Below, piece by piece: positions 9,634 through 18,639 of a stretch of DNA of 64,000 nucleotides. Both the position numbers and the translations under genes were made by a program. This stretch comes from Methanoculleus sp. (GTDB lineage: Archaea; Halobacteriota; Methanomicrobia; Methanomicrobiales; Methanoculleaceae): assembly GCA_036794525.1 (NCBI GenBank), contig DAIRGM010000009.1, positions 779 through 64,778 of the forward strand, written 5' to 3'. The first letter of the stretch is position 1. Every line of letters starts with the position of its first letter. Under the pieces are notes generated by a model that ran no database searches, was not told the origin of the DNA, and saw nothing but the letters and a program-made list of their open reading frames with translations.

Positions 9634-10460
9634 TCAGTCCCCTCTCCCGTAATCTCGTTCATCACGTCTACCAGGTCGTCTGATGATCTCTGGATATACT
9701 GTAGCGCTCTCTCGATGATATCGCGGACGGGCATTGAGCCGTCGCTCTCCACCACGAAGATGAATTTCTCTGTGTCCGTGTCGATACGGATGGCCGCTTC
9801 GGTGCCGATCCCGCCGGCAAGGCATGCCCGCTCGCAGAGCCTGCAGAGGGAACAGAGTTCCTGGCGCCCTTCGACGACCCGGGCTTTCCCCTGTTTCGTC
9901 TCGAGCACGTTCCTCGGGCATTCGTCGATGCACATGCCGCACCCGTCACACCTCGCGTCGATGGCGATCACCGGGTAGTTCTTGTAGCCGCAGGCGGTCG
10001 TCGCCTGCCACTTGGCATGCTCTTTTCCGGTGCCGAGGACCGCATGTGCTTCGAGCACGACCTTCTGGTCTTTCGCGAGCTCGATGATGGGGATGCCCTC
10101 CTCCGCCGGTGCGGCGTCGGGATCCTGCGGTATCAGGTCGCTTGAGCTGACGGTCTTCGGCCCCTCGACGGAGAGCGTATAGGTCGCGGTGCAGGCCGAG
10201 CACCCGGCACCTTCGCAGGTGCACTCGCTGCGCGGTTTGTAGACCTTGAGGTCTGTCCGGAGCGGAATGAGTCCCAGGCGGTGTGCCAGCATCTCGTCGA
10301 AGAGAACACTCGTGTTGTCGTAGATGCGGACGTCTTCGATGGCGAGCGTCGGCACTTCGCTGATCATCGCCCGCCGGAACATATTGGCGAACGACATCGA
10401 AACGCCGCTCAAGGTGAATTTGGCGACTCTCTCATCCAGTCGAGAAAACGCTATCTCCAT
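9630..10460 (-). CDS. rpoD: DNA-directed RNA polymerase subunit D (Rpo3) with ferredoxin-like 4Fe-4S domain
   Basis: 276 aa. Rpo3/RpoA-insert architecture. Cys clusters CDGCGMCIDECP and CSLCRLCERAC. Confidence 0.9.
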   Translation of the reverse strand: MEIAFSRLDERVAKFTLSGVSMSFANMFRRAMISEVPTLAIEDVRIYDNTSVLFDEMLAHRLGLIPLRTDLKVYKPRSECTCEGAGCSACTATYTLSVEGPKTVSSSDLIPQDPDAAPAEEGIPIIELAKDQKVVLEAHAVLGTGKEHAKWQATTACGYKNYPVIAIDARCDGCGMCIDECPRNVLETKQGKARVVEGRQELCSLCRLCERACLAGGIGTEAAIRIDTDTEKFIFVVESDGSMPVRDIIERALQYIQRSSDDLVDVMNEITGEGTE

Positions 10461-10849
10461 TACACTCTCCTTCCTCTCCGGCCGCCCTTGCCGCGGATGC
10501 TGTCGTGAGGCACCGGGGTGACGTCTTCGATGCGGCCGATCCTCATCCCTGCACGGGCGAGAGCGCGGATCGCTGCCTGGGCGCCGGGACCGGGGCTCCT
10601 CTGTTTGCCGCGGCCGGGCGCGCGGACCTTCACGTGGACGCCGGTGATCCCCTTGTCCCGTGCGTTCTGCGCAACCTGGATCGCCATCTGCATGGCGGCG
10701 TACGGGGAACTCTCGTTCCGGTCCTGCTTCACGACCATGCCGCCGCTGCTCTTCGTGATCGTCTCCGCTCCGGAGAGGTCGGTGACGGTGATGATGGTAT
10801 TGTTAAAGGAGGCAAAGATATGCGCGATGCCCCATTTCTCTTCTGCCAT
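10460..10849 (-). CDS. rps11: 30S ribosomal protein S11 (uS11)
   Basis: 129 aa. [19 protein letters not shown].., typical uS11. Confidence 0.95.
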   Translation of the reverse strand: MAEEKWGIAHIFASFNNTIITVTDLSGAETITKSSGGMVVKQDRNESSPYAAMQMAIQVAQNARDKGITGVHVKVRAPGRGKQRSPGPGAQAAIRALARAGMRIGRIEDVTPVPHDSIRGKGGRRGRRV

Positions 10850-10853
10850 GGTG

Positions 10854-11402
10854 TTACCTCATTCCTGTGCGGGCGATACGGCTTCTCTCGGGATGAACGT
10901 CGTTCGTGAGCGGGGAGGGGCCGTAGTAACTGATCTCGGCCTCTTCGACTCTCTCGACCCGGTAGCTCGGGATGGTCACCCGGCGGCCCCTGATCGCGAT
11001 GTGGCCGTGGGTGATGAACTGGCGCGCCTGCTTCGGGGATCGTGCGAGCCCTTTGCGGATAACCAGCGTCTGAAGCCGGCGGTCGAGTTGCTGCTCGACT
11101 TTGAGCGCGAGCACATCGCCGACATCGGCGTTCTCGCCGACGAGACCGTAGCGGTACAGGTGGTTGACGAGTTCGTCTCTCTTCTTCAGGTAGTCCTCGG
11201 TGCTGAGCCCGCCCGAGCGCAGCGCCACCAGTTCACGGGCGGCGGCACGGTACTTCCGCAGCACGCTCTGGGCTTTCCAGAGTTCGCGCTTGTTCCGCAG
11301 GCCGTAATCGATGACGAGCCGCTTTTCATCCTCAAGCCGGGTCTTCTCGAACTGCCGCTTGGGCGTCGCATACGTTTTGTAGTTCTTTCCGGGATATCCC
11401 AT
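10854..11402 (-). CDS. rps4: 30S ribosomal protein S4 (uS4)
   Basis: 182 aa. [16 protein letters not shown].., with an S4 RNA-binding domain (..LQTLV...GLA.S..QARQ.I.HGHI). Confidence 0.95.
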   Translation of the reverse strand: MGYPGKNYKTYATPKRQFEKTRLEDEKRLVIDYGLRNKRELWKAQSVLRKYRAAARELVALRSGGLSTEDYLKKRDELVNHLYRYGLVGENADVGDVLALKVEQQLDRRLQTLVIRKGLARSPKQARQFITHGHIAIRGRRVTIPSYRVERVEEAEISYYGPSPLTNDVHPERSRIARTGMR

Positions 11403-11413
11403 TCAATCACCAC

Positions 11414-11863
11414 TCAATCCTTCTTTCTCTTGACGCCGACGGTCGTGCCCGTTCTTCCGGTGGACTTGGTGCGCTGGCCGCGGACCTTCTGCCCGGTCTC
11501 GTGCCTGATGCCGCGGTAACTCCGCATCTTCCTCATGCGGTTGACGTCGTCGTCGTTCATCATCGTGAGGTCGGTTCCGAGGAGGTGGCGGACCTCTCCG
11601 GTGTAGACGTCTTTCTGGCGGTTGACCATCCAGTCGGGGACGCTCTCGGTGTAGGTTTCGACAGCGTTTGCGATCCGCCCGACCGATTCGTCGTCGAGCT
11701 TGCCGAGTACGGCACGGGGGTCGACGTTGGCAAGGGCGGTGATGGTGCGCGCCGTGTGCGGACCAATGCCCATGATCCCGGTCAGTGCGATATGCACCGC
11801 CTTGGTGCCGTCGAGATCAGTGTTCCTGACTCGAACAAAGTACTTTATCTCTTCATCATCCAT
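11414..11863 (-). CDS. rps13: 30S ribosomal protein S13 (uS13)
   Basis: 149 aa. ..VRV.NTDLDG.K.V..ALT.I.GIG.., C-terminal basic tail. Confidence 0.95.
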   Translation of the reverse strand: MDDEEIKYFVRVRNTDLDGTKAVHIALTGIMGIGPHTARTITALANVDPRAVLGKLDDESVGRIANAVETYTESVPDWMVNRQKDVYTGEVRHLLGTDLTMMNDDDVNRMRKMRSYRGIRHETGQKVRGQRTKSTGRTGTTVGVKRKKD

Positions 11864-11897
11864 GTGATCGCCTCATCATCGACGTTGTCGGTGAAAG

Positions 11898-11982
11898 CGC
11901 TGAGGGAGGGATTTGAACCCTCGAGTCCCAGGGGGACACAGGTTTAGCAAACCTGCGCCATACCAGGCTTGGCTACCTCAAC
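11898..11982 (-). tRNA. tRNA-Ser (anticodon GCU), long variable arm
   Basis: Hand-folded 85 nt: acceptor GTTGAGG/CCTCAGC (one G-U pair), anticodon stem CAGGT/ACCTG with loop TTGCTAA (GCT), long variable arm TGTCCCCCTGGGACTC, T arm GAGGG-TTCAAAT-CCCTC. Confidence 0.85.
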
Positions 11983-12084
11983 ATAGAACTTCGCATCTTT
12001 CGACACTCGCAACACGCGATGTGTTGCTCCAGACACAGCATTCTATGACTTGTGCCTACCTATTTTGGCCCCATTGATTAATAA

Positions 12085-13062
12085 TCATTGTGGTGATCGG
12101 GAAGGCCGGCGGGCACGCTCGATCCCGCTCCCGATCAGCCCCGATGCGACGATGGGAAGCGCGATCGTCGCGTCGCAGAAGCACTGGACCCGGGGTGATT
12201 CGGGCGCCTCCTTGCCCCAGCTGATCGCCTCCTCGAACGTGCACCCGGATAGCCCGCCCCAGTGGGGGGCGTCGGTGGTGTACTGGATGGCGTAGGCGTG
12301 CCCGCCGAGGTTCTGGTCGTGGATCGACGCGATGACCTGGGTCTGCTGGATGAAGTTCTTCGGAACGCCGCCGCCGACGTAGATGACGCCGGTCTTCTGC
12401 GCTTCCTCGACCATACGCGTGATCTCGTCGGTATCGGCGATCTGGTCGACATCGACGGCGACCCCGCGCCGGCGCGCCATCACGAGGCCGATCCCGATGG
12501 ACGAGTCGCAGAGGGCGGGGATGAAGATGGGGACACCGTATTCGGCGCAGGTGGCGATGAGCGACCGGCCTTCCGGCCTCTGCTCGCGGAGCCAGTCCCC
12601 GAGACGGCGGATGAACTCCCGCGAGGAACCCCGGAACGGTGCTATCTCGTCGGCGAACCGGGCGATCTCCGCGTCGATGCTCCGGAACTCCTCTTCATAC
12701 GCAAAGACGTCGTAGATGCGGTCGATCCCCTCGTTAAAGAGCGCTTCGTCGTCGGCGTGGTGGTGGCCGAGGTAGTGCCGGACGCCGAGGTGCTCGCAGG
12801 TGTCGTGGAAGATGTTTGCGCCTGTCGAGACGATGACGTCGACGTAACGGTGCTTGACGAGTTCGATGAGCACGTTCTGCATGCCTGCCGGGATCATCGC
12901 GCCCGAGAGTCCCATGAATATCGTGCAGTCGGGATCGTTGACCATCCTGGTCCAGATGCCGAGCGATTCCCCGAGTTTTCTCCCCTGGAAGCCGGTCTGG
13001 CTCATGGATAGAAGGAGGGCCGTTATATTGCTGGTTGGTTTGACTGGCTGCGTTGGTTTCAT
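12085..13062 (-). CDS. dys: deoxyhypusine synthase
   Basis: ORF 12085..13254. DHS motifs throughout (..MGLSGAMIPAG.., ..STGANIFHD.., ..GGGVPKNF.., ..SGCTFEEAISWGK). Start set at MKPTQPVKPT (ATG 13062); the 64 upstream codons read into the repeat array and are rejected. Confidence 0.9.
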   Translation of the reverse strand: MKPTQPVKPTSNITALLLSMSQTGFQGRKLGESLGIWTRMVNDPDCTIFMGLSGAMIPAGMQNVLIELVKHRYVDVIVSTGANIFHDTCEHLGVRHYLGHHHADDEALFNEGIDRIYDVFAYEEEFRSIDAEIARFADEIAPFRGSSREFIRRLGDWLREQRPEGRSLIATCAEYGVPIFIPALCDSSIGIGLVMARRRGVAVDVDQIADTDEITRMVEEAQKTGVIYVGGGVPKNFIQQTQVIASIHDQNLGGHAYAIQYTTDAPHWGGLSGCTFEEAISWGKEAPESPRVQCFCDATIALPIVASGLIGSGIERARRPSRSPQ

Positions 13063-13127
13063 GGAGATATCGTGATATCGTTTCGGATTGTGGCGTATTA
13101 ATGGTTGGTGCCGACCCGATGGAGCGG

Positions 13128-13335
13128 GGCGGATGGAGGTTTTGGGGCTGCTCCCCCTCTCCGTCGCCCCCACCCCCGGTGGCGATACCCACCACGGTCC
13201 ACTGCATGGGAAGACCTCGGCGAAGAACGGGTTTCCGGCTGTCTCCCGGGACACGGCTTACCACTGGCAACGCCCGGGCACTGCCCCCGCCCCTGCAGGA
13301 AGGGGGAGGAGCGCGAAGCGCGGGTGGGGTGGGGG
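13128..13335 (+). repeat. GC-rich structured interspersed repeat, copy A (divergent)
   Basis: Shares ..GGCGATACCC.CCACGGTCCACTGCATGGGAAG.. and ..CACGGCTT..CACTGCCCCCGCCCC..GGGGGAGGAG..GGGTGGGGTGGGGG with copies B, D and E. The 3' small hairpin is GCGC-GAA-GCGC here versus GGCC-GAA-GGCC in the others. Confidence 0.75.
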
Positions 13336-13360
13336 CAACAGTCAGAGGATTAAATGATAG

Positions 13361-13562
13361 AGACAGGGGAGGGGGCCTTGCCCCCTCCCCGTCGGCCCCT
13401 CTCCCAATGGCGATACTCCCACGGTCCACTGCATGGGGAGACGCTAGAGATGGATGGAGCCCTGGGGGGAACCCGGGACACGGCTTCCCATCGGCTATCG
13501 CCACGCACTGCCCCCGCCCCTCGTGGGCGGGGGAGGAGGCCGAAGGCCGGGCGGGGTGGGGG
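13361..13562 (+). repeat. GC-rich structured interspersed repeat, copy B (full length)
   Basis: AGACAGGGGAGGGGG-loop-CCCCCTCCCC hairpin, conserved core CAATGGCGATA..CCACGGTCCACTGCATGGG, 31-nt variable segment, then CACGGCTTCCCA.CGGCTATCGCCACGCACTGCCCCCGCCCCTCGTGGGCGGGGGAGGAGGCCGAAGGCCGGGCGGGGTGGGGG. Confidence 0.85.
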
Positions 13563-13589
13563 CTACACAGAATGGTCTTACGCGATAGT

Positions 13590-13770
13590 GACAGGGGGGG
13601 CTGCTCCCCCCTCCCCGCGAGCCGCCACCCCGATGGCGATGTTCCCGCGGTCCACTGCATGGGAAGATCCCGGAAAATAATGTTTTCTGGCTAACTCCCG
13701 GGACACTGCTTCCCCCGGCACCGCCCCTTTCTCTGGGACGGTCGTCCTCCTGCCACGACCCCGGTAGGGT
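13590..13770 (+). repeat. GC-rich structured interspersed repeat, copy C (3' arm degenerate)
   Basis: 5' hairpin and the GATGGCGAT..CGCGGTCCACTGCATGGGAAG core are conserved. The 3' arm is partly deleted or diverged. Starts about 230 nt after copy B, as B does after A. Confidence 0.65.
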
Positions 13771-13855
13771 TAAAACTACAGGAGATGACGTCGCCCCAAA
13801 AATCCCCGCGGCCGCCCCGCCGCCCGCAAAAAAGTGGTGGTAGTATCCGGCCGCT

Positions 13856-14638
13856 TCACAGGGCCTGGACGAGTGAACTCCGGGTCACGAGACCCGCGAT
13901 CCTGCCGTTCCGCTTGATCGGGACGGAACTGATATTCTTCTTGAGCATCAGGTCGATGACGTCGGAGACGTCCGTATCCGCGTCCATCGAGATCAGGGGC
14001 GTGGTCATGATGTCCCGCACGAGCAGGTTCCTGATCCGGTACTCCTGCCGGGTATCCTCCACGATATCTTTCAGCGCGTGGAGCGCCTTTGCGACATCGG
14101 TCTCCGTGACGATGCCGAGGACGGTGTCCCCGTCCTCGACGATGAAGCGGTTGATCTCGCCGTCAAGCATCCTGCGGCGGAGGTGGACGGCGCGTTCCTC
14201 GCTCTGGATGGTGTGCGCCGGTTCCATGACGTCGAGGGTGCCGCCCGCCGGGCGGAGCACCTTCAGGAGATCGCCCGCCGTCACCTGCCCGATCAGGCGG
14301 TGCTCGGCATCGAAGACCACGACCAGCTTGTAGTGCTGGAGCAGCGGTACCAGGATGTCGATGCTCTGGTCGGGATACGCGGAGGTGAAGTTCTCCTCGA
14401 CCGTGTTCGCGACATGAATGGATGTGGCCTTCAGCGCCTGGGTCTTCTTGCTCCCGAGCGTCTCGGCGATTGCTGCGCGGGACGTTGTTCCGATGACCGT
14501 GCCGTTGTTGGTCACGATAAGCGGATCGACGCCCTCACCGAGCATCTTATCGAGCGCTTCGCTGACAAAGGCGGACTTCGCGATGGTGATCGGTTTTGCC
14601 ATCACGTCTTTGACAAGTACCTGAAATCTGTCGCTCAT
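13856..14638 (-). CDS. CBS domain-containing protein (four CBS motifs)
   Basis: 260 aa made only of repeated CBS-type segments (..VMAKPITI.., ..GIVTETDV..). Last gene of a five-gene CBS operon; 4-nt overlap with the upstream gene. Confidence 0.85.
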   Translation of the reverse strand: MSDRFQVLVKDVMAKPITIAKSAFVSEALDKMLGEGVDPLIVTNNGTVIGTTSRAAIAETLGSKKTQALKATSIHVANTVEENFTSAYPDQSIDILVPLLQHYKLVVVFDAEHRLIGQVTAGDLLKVLRPAGGTLDVMEPAHTIQSEERAVHLRRRMLDGEINRFIVEDGDTVLGIVTETDVAKALHALKDIVEDTRQEYRIRNLLVRDIMTTPLISMDADTDVSDVIDLMLKKNISSVPIKRNGRIAGLVTRSSLVQAL

Positions 14639-15474
14639 TTTGCCACTTCCTTGATGATATCATCTCTCTTGAGCACGCCCCGGATATCGTCGTCCTCCAC
14701 GACGACGAGGCTGTTGATCTGGTGTTCCAGCATCAGCCCGACAGCATCCTGGAGGGATGCACCGGGGGAGACGGTGATGACCGGGCGGCTCATGATGTCT
14801 TCTGCAACTGCCGAGACCTCAACGACGTACCTGAAGCGTTTCTGCCCCGCCGGCGCCTCTTTCCTGAGGTGAGTAACATCCTTCCTGGGCAGGTTCATCC
14901 GCTCGTCCAGATACTCGTAAAATGCGAGGTTGCTCTCCGTAATTATGCCGGCAAGGCTTCCATTGTCGTTAACGACAATAAGTTTATCGTTTTTTCCCTT
15001 TATCGTGTCGATGACGTGGTCGAGTGAGTGATATCGGTTCACCGTGACCGCATCCTCCATGGCCTCGTCGACCCCGGCGGTGAGCCCGCGGATATGGGCC
15101 GAGCGCATCACATCCAGTTTGGTGACGATGCCGGTCACCCTGCCCTCCTCGACGACGGGGACTCCGGAGATGTCTTTATCAAGCATGATGGTCGCGATAT
15201 CGCGGATGCCGGCCTCCGGCGCTACCGTGATCGGTTCGGGCGTCATCAGGACACTGACCGGGATCCGGTCGATCGGGCGCCGCCGCCACATCGGTTCCGT
15301 CTGCCTGAGCCGGTACGCGATATCCTTCTTGGTGAGGATGCCCCGGAGTTCGTCCCCTTCCATGACGGGCAGCCTCGACACCCGGTGCCTGAGCATGAGG
15401 TTTCGCGCATAGGCGACGTTGTCGGTCGGTGCAACGACGTACACCGGAGATGCCATCACGTCTATAGCTCGCAT
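14635..15474 (-). CDS. CBS domain-containing protein (four CBS motifs)
   Basis: 279 aa. MRAIDVMASPVYVV.., ..GILTKKDI.., ..GIVTKLDV.., ..GIITESNL.. CBS repeats. Confidence 0.85.
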   Translation of the reverse strand: MRAIDVMASPVYVVAPTDNVAYARNLMLRHRVSRLPVMEGDELRGILTKKDIAYRLRQTEPMWRRRPIDRIPVSVLMTPEPITVAPEAGIRDIATIMLDKDISGVPVVEEGRVTGIVTKLDVMRSAHIRGLTAGVDEAMEDAVTVNRYHSLDHVIDTIKGKNDKLIVVNDNGSLAGIITESNLAFYEYLDERMNLPRKDVTHLRKEAPAGQKRFRYVVEVSAVAEDIMSRPVITVSPGASLQDAVGLMLEHQINSLVVVEDDDIRGVLKRDDIIKEVAK

Positions 15475-15481
15475 CTTCGCA

Positions 15482-16429
15482 TCACTCCTGAGAAAACGCT
15501 TTCACAAGGTCGTATTCCGTTACGAGACCGACAAGGTGCGAGTCCTCTATGACCGGGAGCGCCCCGACACGCCGCCGGATCATCTCGAGGGCGATCTCAT
15601 GGATGTTCCGGTCGGGCGTGATGGTGTGCAGTTCCCCGGAGAGGAGCGAGCGCACCGGCACCCCCATCACCTCCGTGGAGTCCCCGGTCGTCAGCCGCTC
15701 GAAAGCCTTGCCCTTCCCGAGATAACTCATGACATCGGTGGCGGTGACGATCCCGCAGAGGACGTCGTCGGCAACAACCGGAAGGCGCCTGAACCGGCAT
15801 TTCACCATCTCCCGGCAGACCTTGCCGATAGGTGTGTCGGGGGCGGTGACGCGCACCGAAGCGTTCATGATATCTTCCGCCCTGCGGCTCGAGTTCTCGG
15901 TGGCGAGCACCTTCATCACGTCGCGTTCGGTCACGATGCCCTTCAGTTCCTCTTCGGCGTCGGTGATGGGGATCCCGCCGATATTTTTGTTGACGATGAT
16001 ATCGACCGCGTCGCCGATGGTTCCGGTCACGGGCATCGTGACCAGGTGCGGCGTCATGATCTCGCGGAGCCCCTCGTTGATGGCCGCAAGGAAGTTCCCC
16101 CCGTGCTTCACCTGCACGAGGTTGAACTTGTCGCCGCCGCCCATGAAGTTGATGATGTCGCCGACGGTCACGATCCCCCGGAGATGGCGCGTCCCCGCGT
16201 CGACGACCGGCAGCCTGCGGAACCCTTCCCGGGTCATGATCTCGACCCCCTGGATGATCGTGGTCGTCTGCTGCGCCACGACGACGTCCCTTGTGGCGAT
16301 CGCCATGATCTCGCCTTCGTGCTCGGCGATCTTTGTCTTGAAGTCGACCGGCCCGCGGTCGCGTTTGCCCGGCATCTTCAGGAGCCTGTCGGCCGGTTTC
16401 TTATCCGAATTATTCGAGTTGGGTTGCAT
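15482..16429 (-). CDS. CBS domain-containing protein (four CBS motifs, short N-terminal extension)
   Basis: 315 aa with repeated ..RRLPVV....L.GIVT..D.. CBS signatures. Confidence 0.85.
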   Translation of the reverse strand: MQPNSNNSDKKPADRLLKMPGKRDRGPVDFKTKIAEHEGEIMAIATRDVVVAQQTTTIIQGVEIMTREGFRRLPVVDAGTRHLRGIVTVGDIINFMGGGDKFNLVQVKHGGNFLAAINEGLREIMTPHLVTMPVTGTIGDAVDIIVNKNIGGIPITDAEEELKGIVTERDVMKVLATENSSRRAEDIMNASVRVTAPDTPIGKVCREMVKCRFRRLPVVADDVLCGIVTATDVMSYLGKGKAFERLTTGDSTEVMGVPVRSLLSGELHTITPDRNIHEIALEMIRRRVGALPVIEDSHLVGLVTEYDLVKAFSQE

Positions 16430-16468
16430 CGTATCACTCCTTTGAAATTGTGGTATTTGGAGTCTTCC

Positions 16469-17224
16469 TCAGGGCAGACGGCCGCTGAGGACATCATGCC
16501 GGTCGATAACGCCGACGAGCCGCTTCTTCTCGTCGACGACCGGGAGCATGCTGACGTCGTGTTCGACCATCAGCCGGCTCGCCGCCGCTATCGTGTCGTC
16601 CGGCGTCACCGAGATGACGGGTGTCGTCATCACTCGCTCGACGGTGGTGTCCGCCTGGTTCTTCACCGATATGCGGAAGTTCCCGGCGCGCAGGAGATCC
16701 CGGCGGGAGACTACGCCGATAGTCTCGTTCTTCTGCACCACCGGGAATGCAGTAAATCCGCTTGTGACGATCAGGCTGTAGATGCGGTGTATGGGCTCGT
16801 CCGGGGTGCAGGTGACGGGCTCTCGCGACATGGCGTCCTCGACCCTGCCGGGGATGGTGCGGCGCGAGATCAGGATGGGGAAGAGTTCGGAGAAGAGCAC
16901 CCCTCCCTGGTATACGCCGTCTTCGTTGACTACTGCAGCGCTGTTTGTGCGGGCGTTCATGATAGCGACGCCTGCCTCCGCAAGAGAGGTCTCCGGGCCG
17001 GCCCGGGCGGCCTCCCGGACGAACCCCTTGATCGTGACGTTCGACTTGGTGTCCACGACTCGCAGGACGTCGGTGATGTCGAGATACCCTCTCAGACGGT
17101 CTTTCTCGTCCACGACGTAGACCTCACGAAAGACGTCGTCCCTGAGGACGCTCCTTGCTTTTGTGACGTAATCGTCGTAATGCAGGGTAGGGATGTCCAC
17201 CATCAGGTCTGAGGCCACCTTCAT
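16469..17224 (-). CDS. CBS domain-containing protein (four CBS motifs)
   Basis: ORF 16469..17314. Start set at MKVASDLMVDIPT (ATG 17224), giving an ATGA overlap with the upstream gene's stop. Confidence 0.8.
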   Translation of the reverse strand: MKVASDLMVDIPTLHYDDYVTKARSVLRDDVFREVYVVDEKDRLRGYLDITDVLRVVDTKSNVTIKGFVREAARAGPETSLAEAGVAIMNARTNSAAVVNEDGVYQGGVLFSELFPILISRRTIPGRVEDAMSREPVTCTPDEPIHRIYSLIVTSGFTAFPVVQKNETIGVVSRRDLLRAGNFRISVKNQADTTVERVMTTPVISVTPDDTIAAASRLMVEHDVSMLPVVDEKKRLVGVIDRHDVLSGRLP

Positions 17225-17784
17225 AGCAACTGCTCCTCCTCCCGACAGACGGGGCAGAGCATAAGGTTGTCGACCCTTGACAGGTCGTCGGACATATTCC
17301 CGCACCGGTCGCATACTCCCATGGCGTACTCCTCTTCGCGGTTGATCTCGATGAGATCCGCGAGGAGTTCGTTCACTTCGGCCGCGACGGTGAGGATGTC
17401 CCGAACAGTCACAATCCCGATGACCACCTGGTCTTCAACGACGGGGAGCCTGCGGACACGGTGCTTCACCATCATTCCCGCGGCATCCCCGACCAGTTTC
17501 TCGGCGCCGATCGTGATCAGAGGCGTGCTCATGATCTCGCTGACGTGAACTTCACCCGGTTTTAAATCTTTAGCCACGACTTTGCAGTTGATATCCTCTT
17601 CCGTGACGATCCCGGTAGGCAGGTTGTTCTGCAGCACAATGCAACTGCCGACCCCATCGCGGCACATGGTCTGAGCCGCCCGGGCGACAGACTCACCGAC
17701 ATCGATGGTTATCGGATGACTCTGCATAACCTCCCTGACCGGTATGCGTGTCTCGAAGCGGATGGTATCACTATTATTCATCAT
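17221..17784 (-). CDS. CBS-pair protein with C-terminal zinc ribbon
   Basis: ORF 17221..17832. Two CBS motifs, then CDRCGN..(13 aa)..CPVC. Start set at MMNNSD (ATG 17784), preceded by AGGAG. Confidence 0.8.
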   Translation of the reverse strand: MMNNSDTIRFETRIPVREVMQSHPITIDVGESVARAAQTMCRDGVGSCIVLQNNLPTGIVTEEDINCKVVAKDLKPGEVHVSEIMSTPLITIGAEKLVGDAAGMMVKHRVRRLPVVEDQVVIGIVTVRDILTVAAEVNELLADLIEINREEEYAMGVCDRCGNMSDDLSRVDNLMLCPVCREEEQLL

Positions 17785-17923
17785 GGTATTCTCCTGATCT
17801 GGTCGTAATGAGGGCCGATTCCCCAGGTGCAAGTCTATCTAGGTTCCAGCAGTATAAAAGAATTCTCTCGCACCGGAAAAGTTGTTTGTCTGCAAAAAAT
17901 AGAGAGAATCAGCCGGACGGAAC

Positions 17924-17940
17924 ATATAATTATATTTATT
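17924..17940 (+). promoter_or_regulatory. candidate TATA/BRE region for the GTPase operon
   Basis: AT-rich ATATAATTATATTTATT in an otherwise GC-rich genome, about 60-75 nt upstream of ATG 17998, in a divergent intergenic region. Confidence 0.25.
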
Positions 17941-17997
17941 TGTGAGTGCCACATCTCACTTAAGTACAGGCAATTTCTGCCTGCCTGAGGGAGCTTA

Positions 17998-18639
17998 ATG
18001 ACGTTCTTTGTTCGTACGAAAAAAAAGATCTCGGGGCTATTGAAGGCGCTCTTTAGGAAGCGAACCTTTCGCATCGGGATCTACGGCCCTCCCAATGCCG
18101 GCAAGACTACACTTGCGAATCGGATTGTGCGGGATTGGGTCGGCGATGCGGTCGGCCCGGTCAGCGAGGTGCCACATGAAACCCGGCGCGTCCGGCGTAA
18201 AGAGGATATCACCATCACCGGGCAGAATGGCGGCTCGGTCACCATCGACATCGTCGATACCCCCGGCGTGACGACCAAGATCGACTACAACGAGTTCGTT
18301 GAATACGGTATCGAGAAGGAGGAGGCGGTCAAGCGGGCCCGGGAGGCGACCGAGGGCGTTGCCGAGGCGATGCACTGGCTCCGCGAGGATATCGACGGCG
18401 TCATCTACATGCTCGATTCCACGCAGGATCCGTTCCAGCAGGTGAACATCATGCTCATCGGGATCATCGAGAGCCGGAAACTCCCGGTCGTGATCGTCGC
18501 CAATAAGAACGATCTCCCCGATGCGTCCGCCGCGCGGATCAAGAGTGCGTTTCCCCAGCACCCGGTGATCTCCATATCGGGTCTTGAAGGGAACAACGTG
18601 GATGAGTTGTACGAGAAGATGACGACATATTTCGGGTGA
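17998..18639 (+). CDS. small GTP-binding protein (P-loop GTPase)
   Basis: 213 aa. G1 GPPNAGKTT, G3 DTPG, G4 NKND. First gene of a three-gene set with overlapping or abutting ends. Confidence 0.85.
   Translation: MTFFVRTKKKISGLLKALFRKRTFRIGIYGPPNAGKTTLANRIVRDWVGDAVGPVSEVPHETRRVRRKEDITITGQNGGSVTIDIVDTPGVTTKIDYNEFVEYGIEKEEAVKRAREATEGVAEAMHWLREDIDGVIYMLDSTQDPFQQVNIMLIGIIESRKLPVVIVANKNDLPDASAARIKSAFPQHPVISISGLEGNNVDELYEKMTTYFG

Noticed and set aside
12734-13660. 308-aa minus-strand ORF, and several 80-210-aa ORFs on both strands over 13053-13694 and 38618-39701
   Set aside because: These are translations of the GC-rich repeat arrays (recurrent PMQWTVG../PPPLSLS.. strings). They are Pro/Gly/Arg-rich with no start context. 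The same artefact inflates the dys and nusA ORFs.
13128-13770. CRISPR array interpretation of the repeat arrays (also 38911-39583)
   Set aside because: The conserved unit is about 170-200 nt and the variable part only about 15-31 nt, the inverse of CRISPR geometry. The variable segments still share residual similarity and local hairpins. No cas genes or leader are present.
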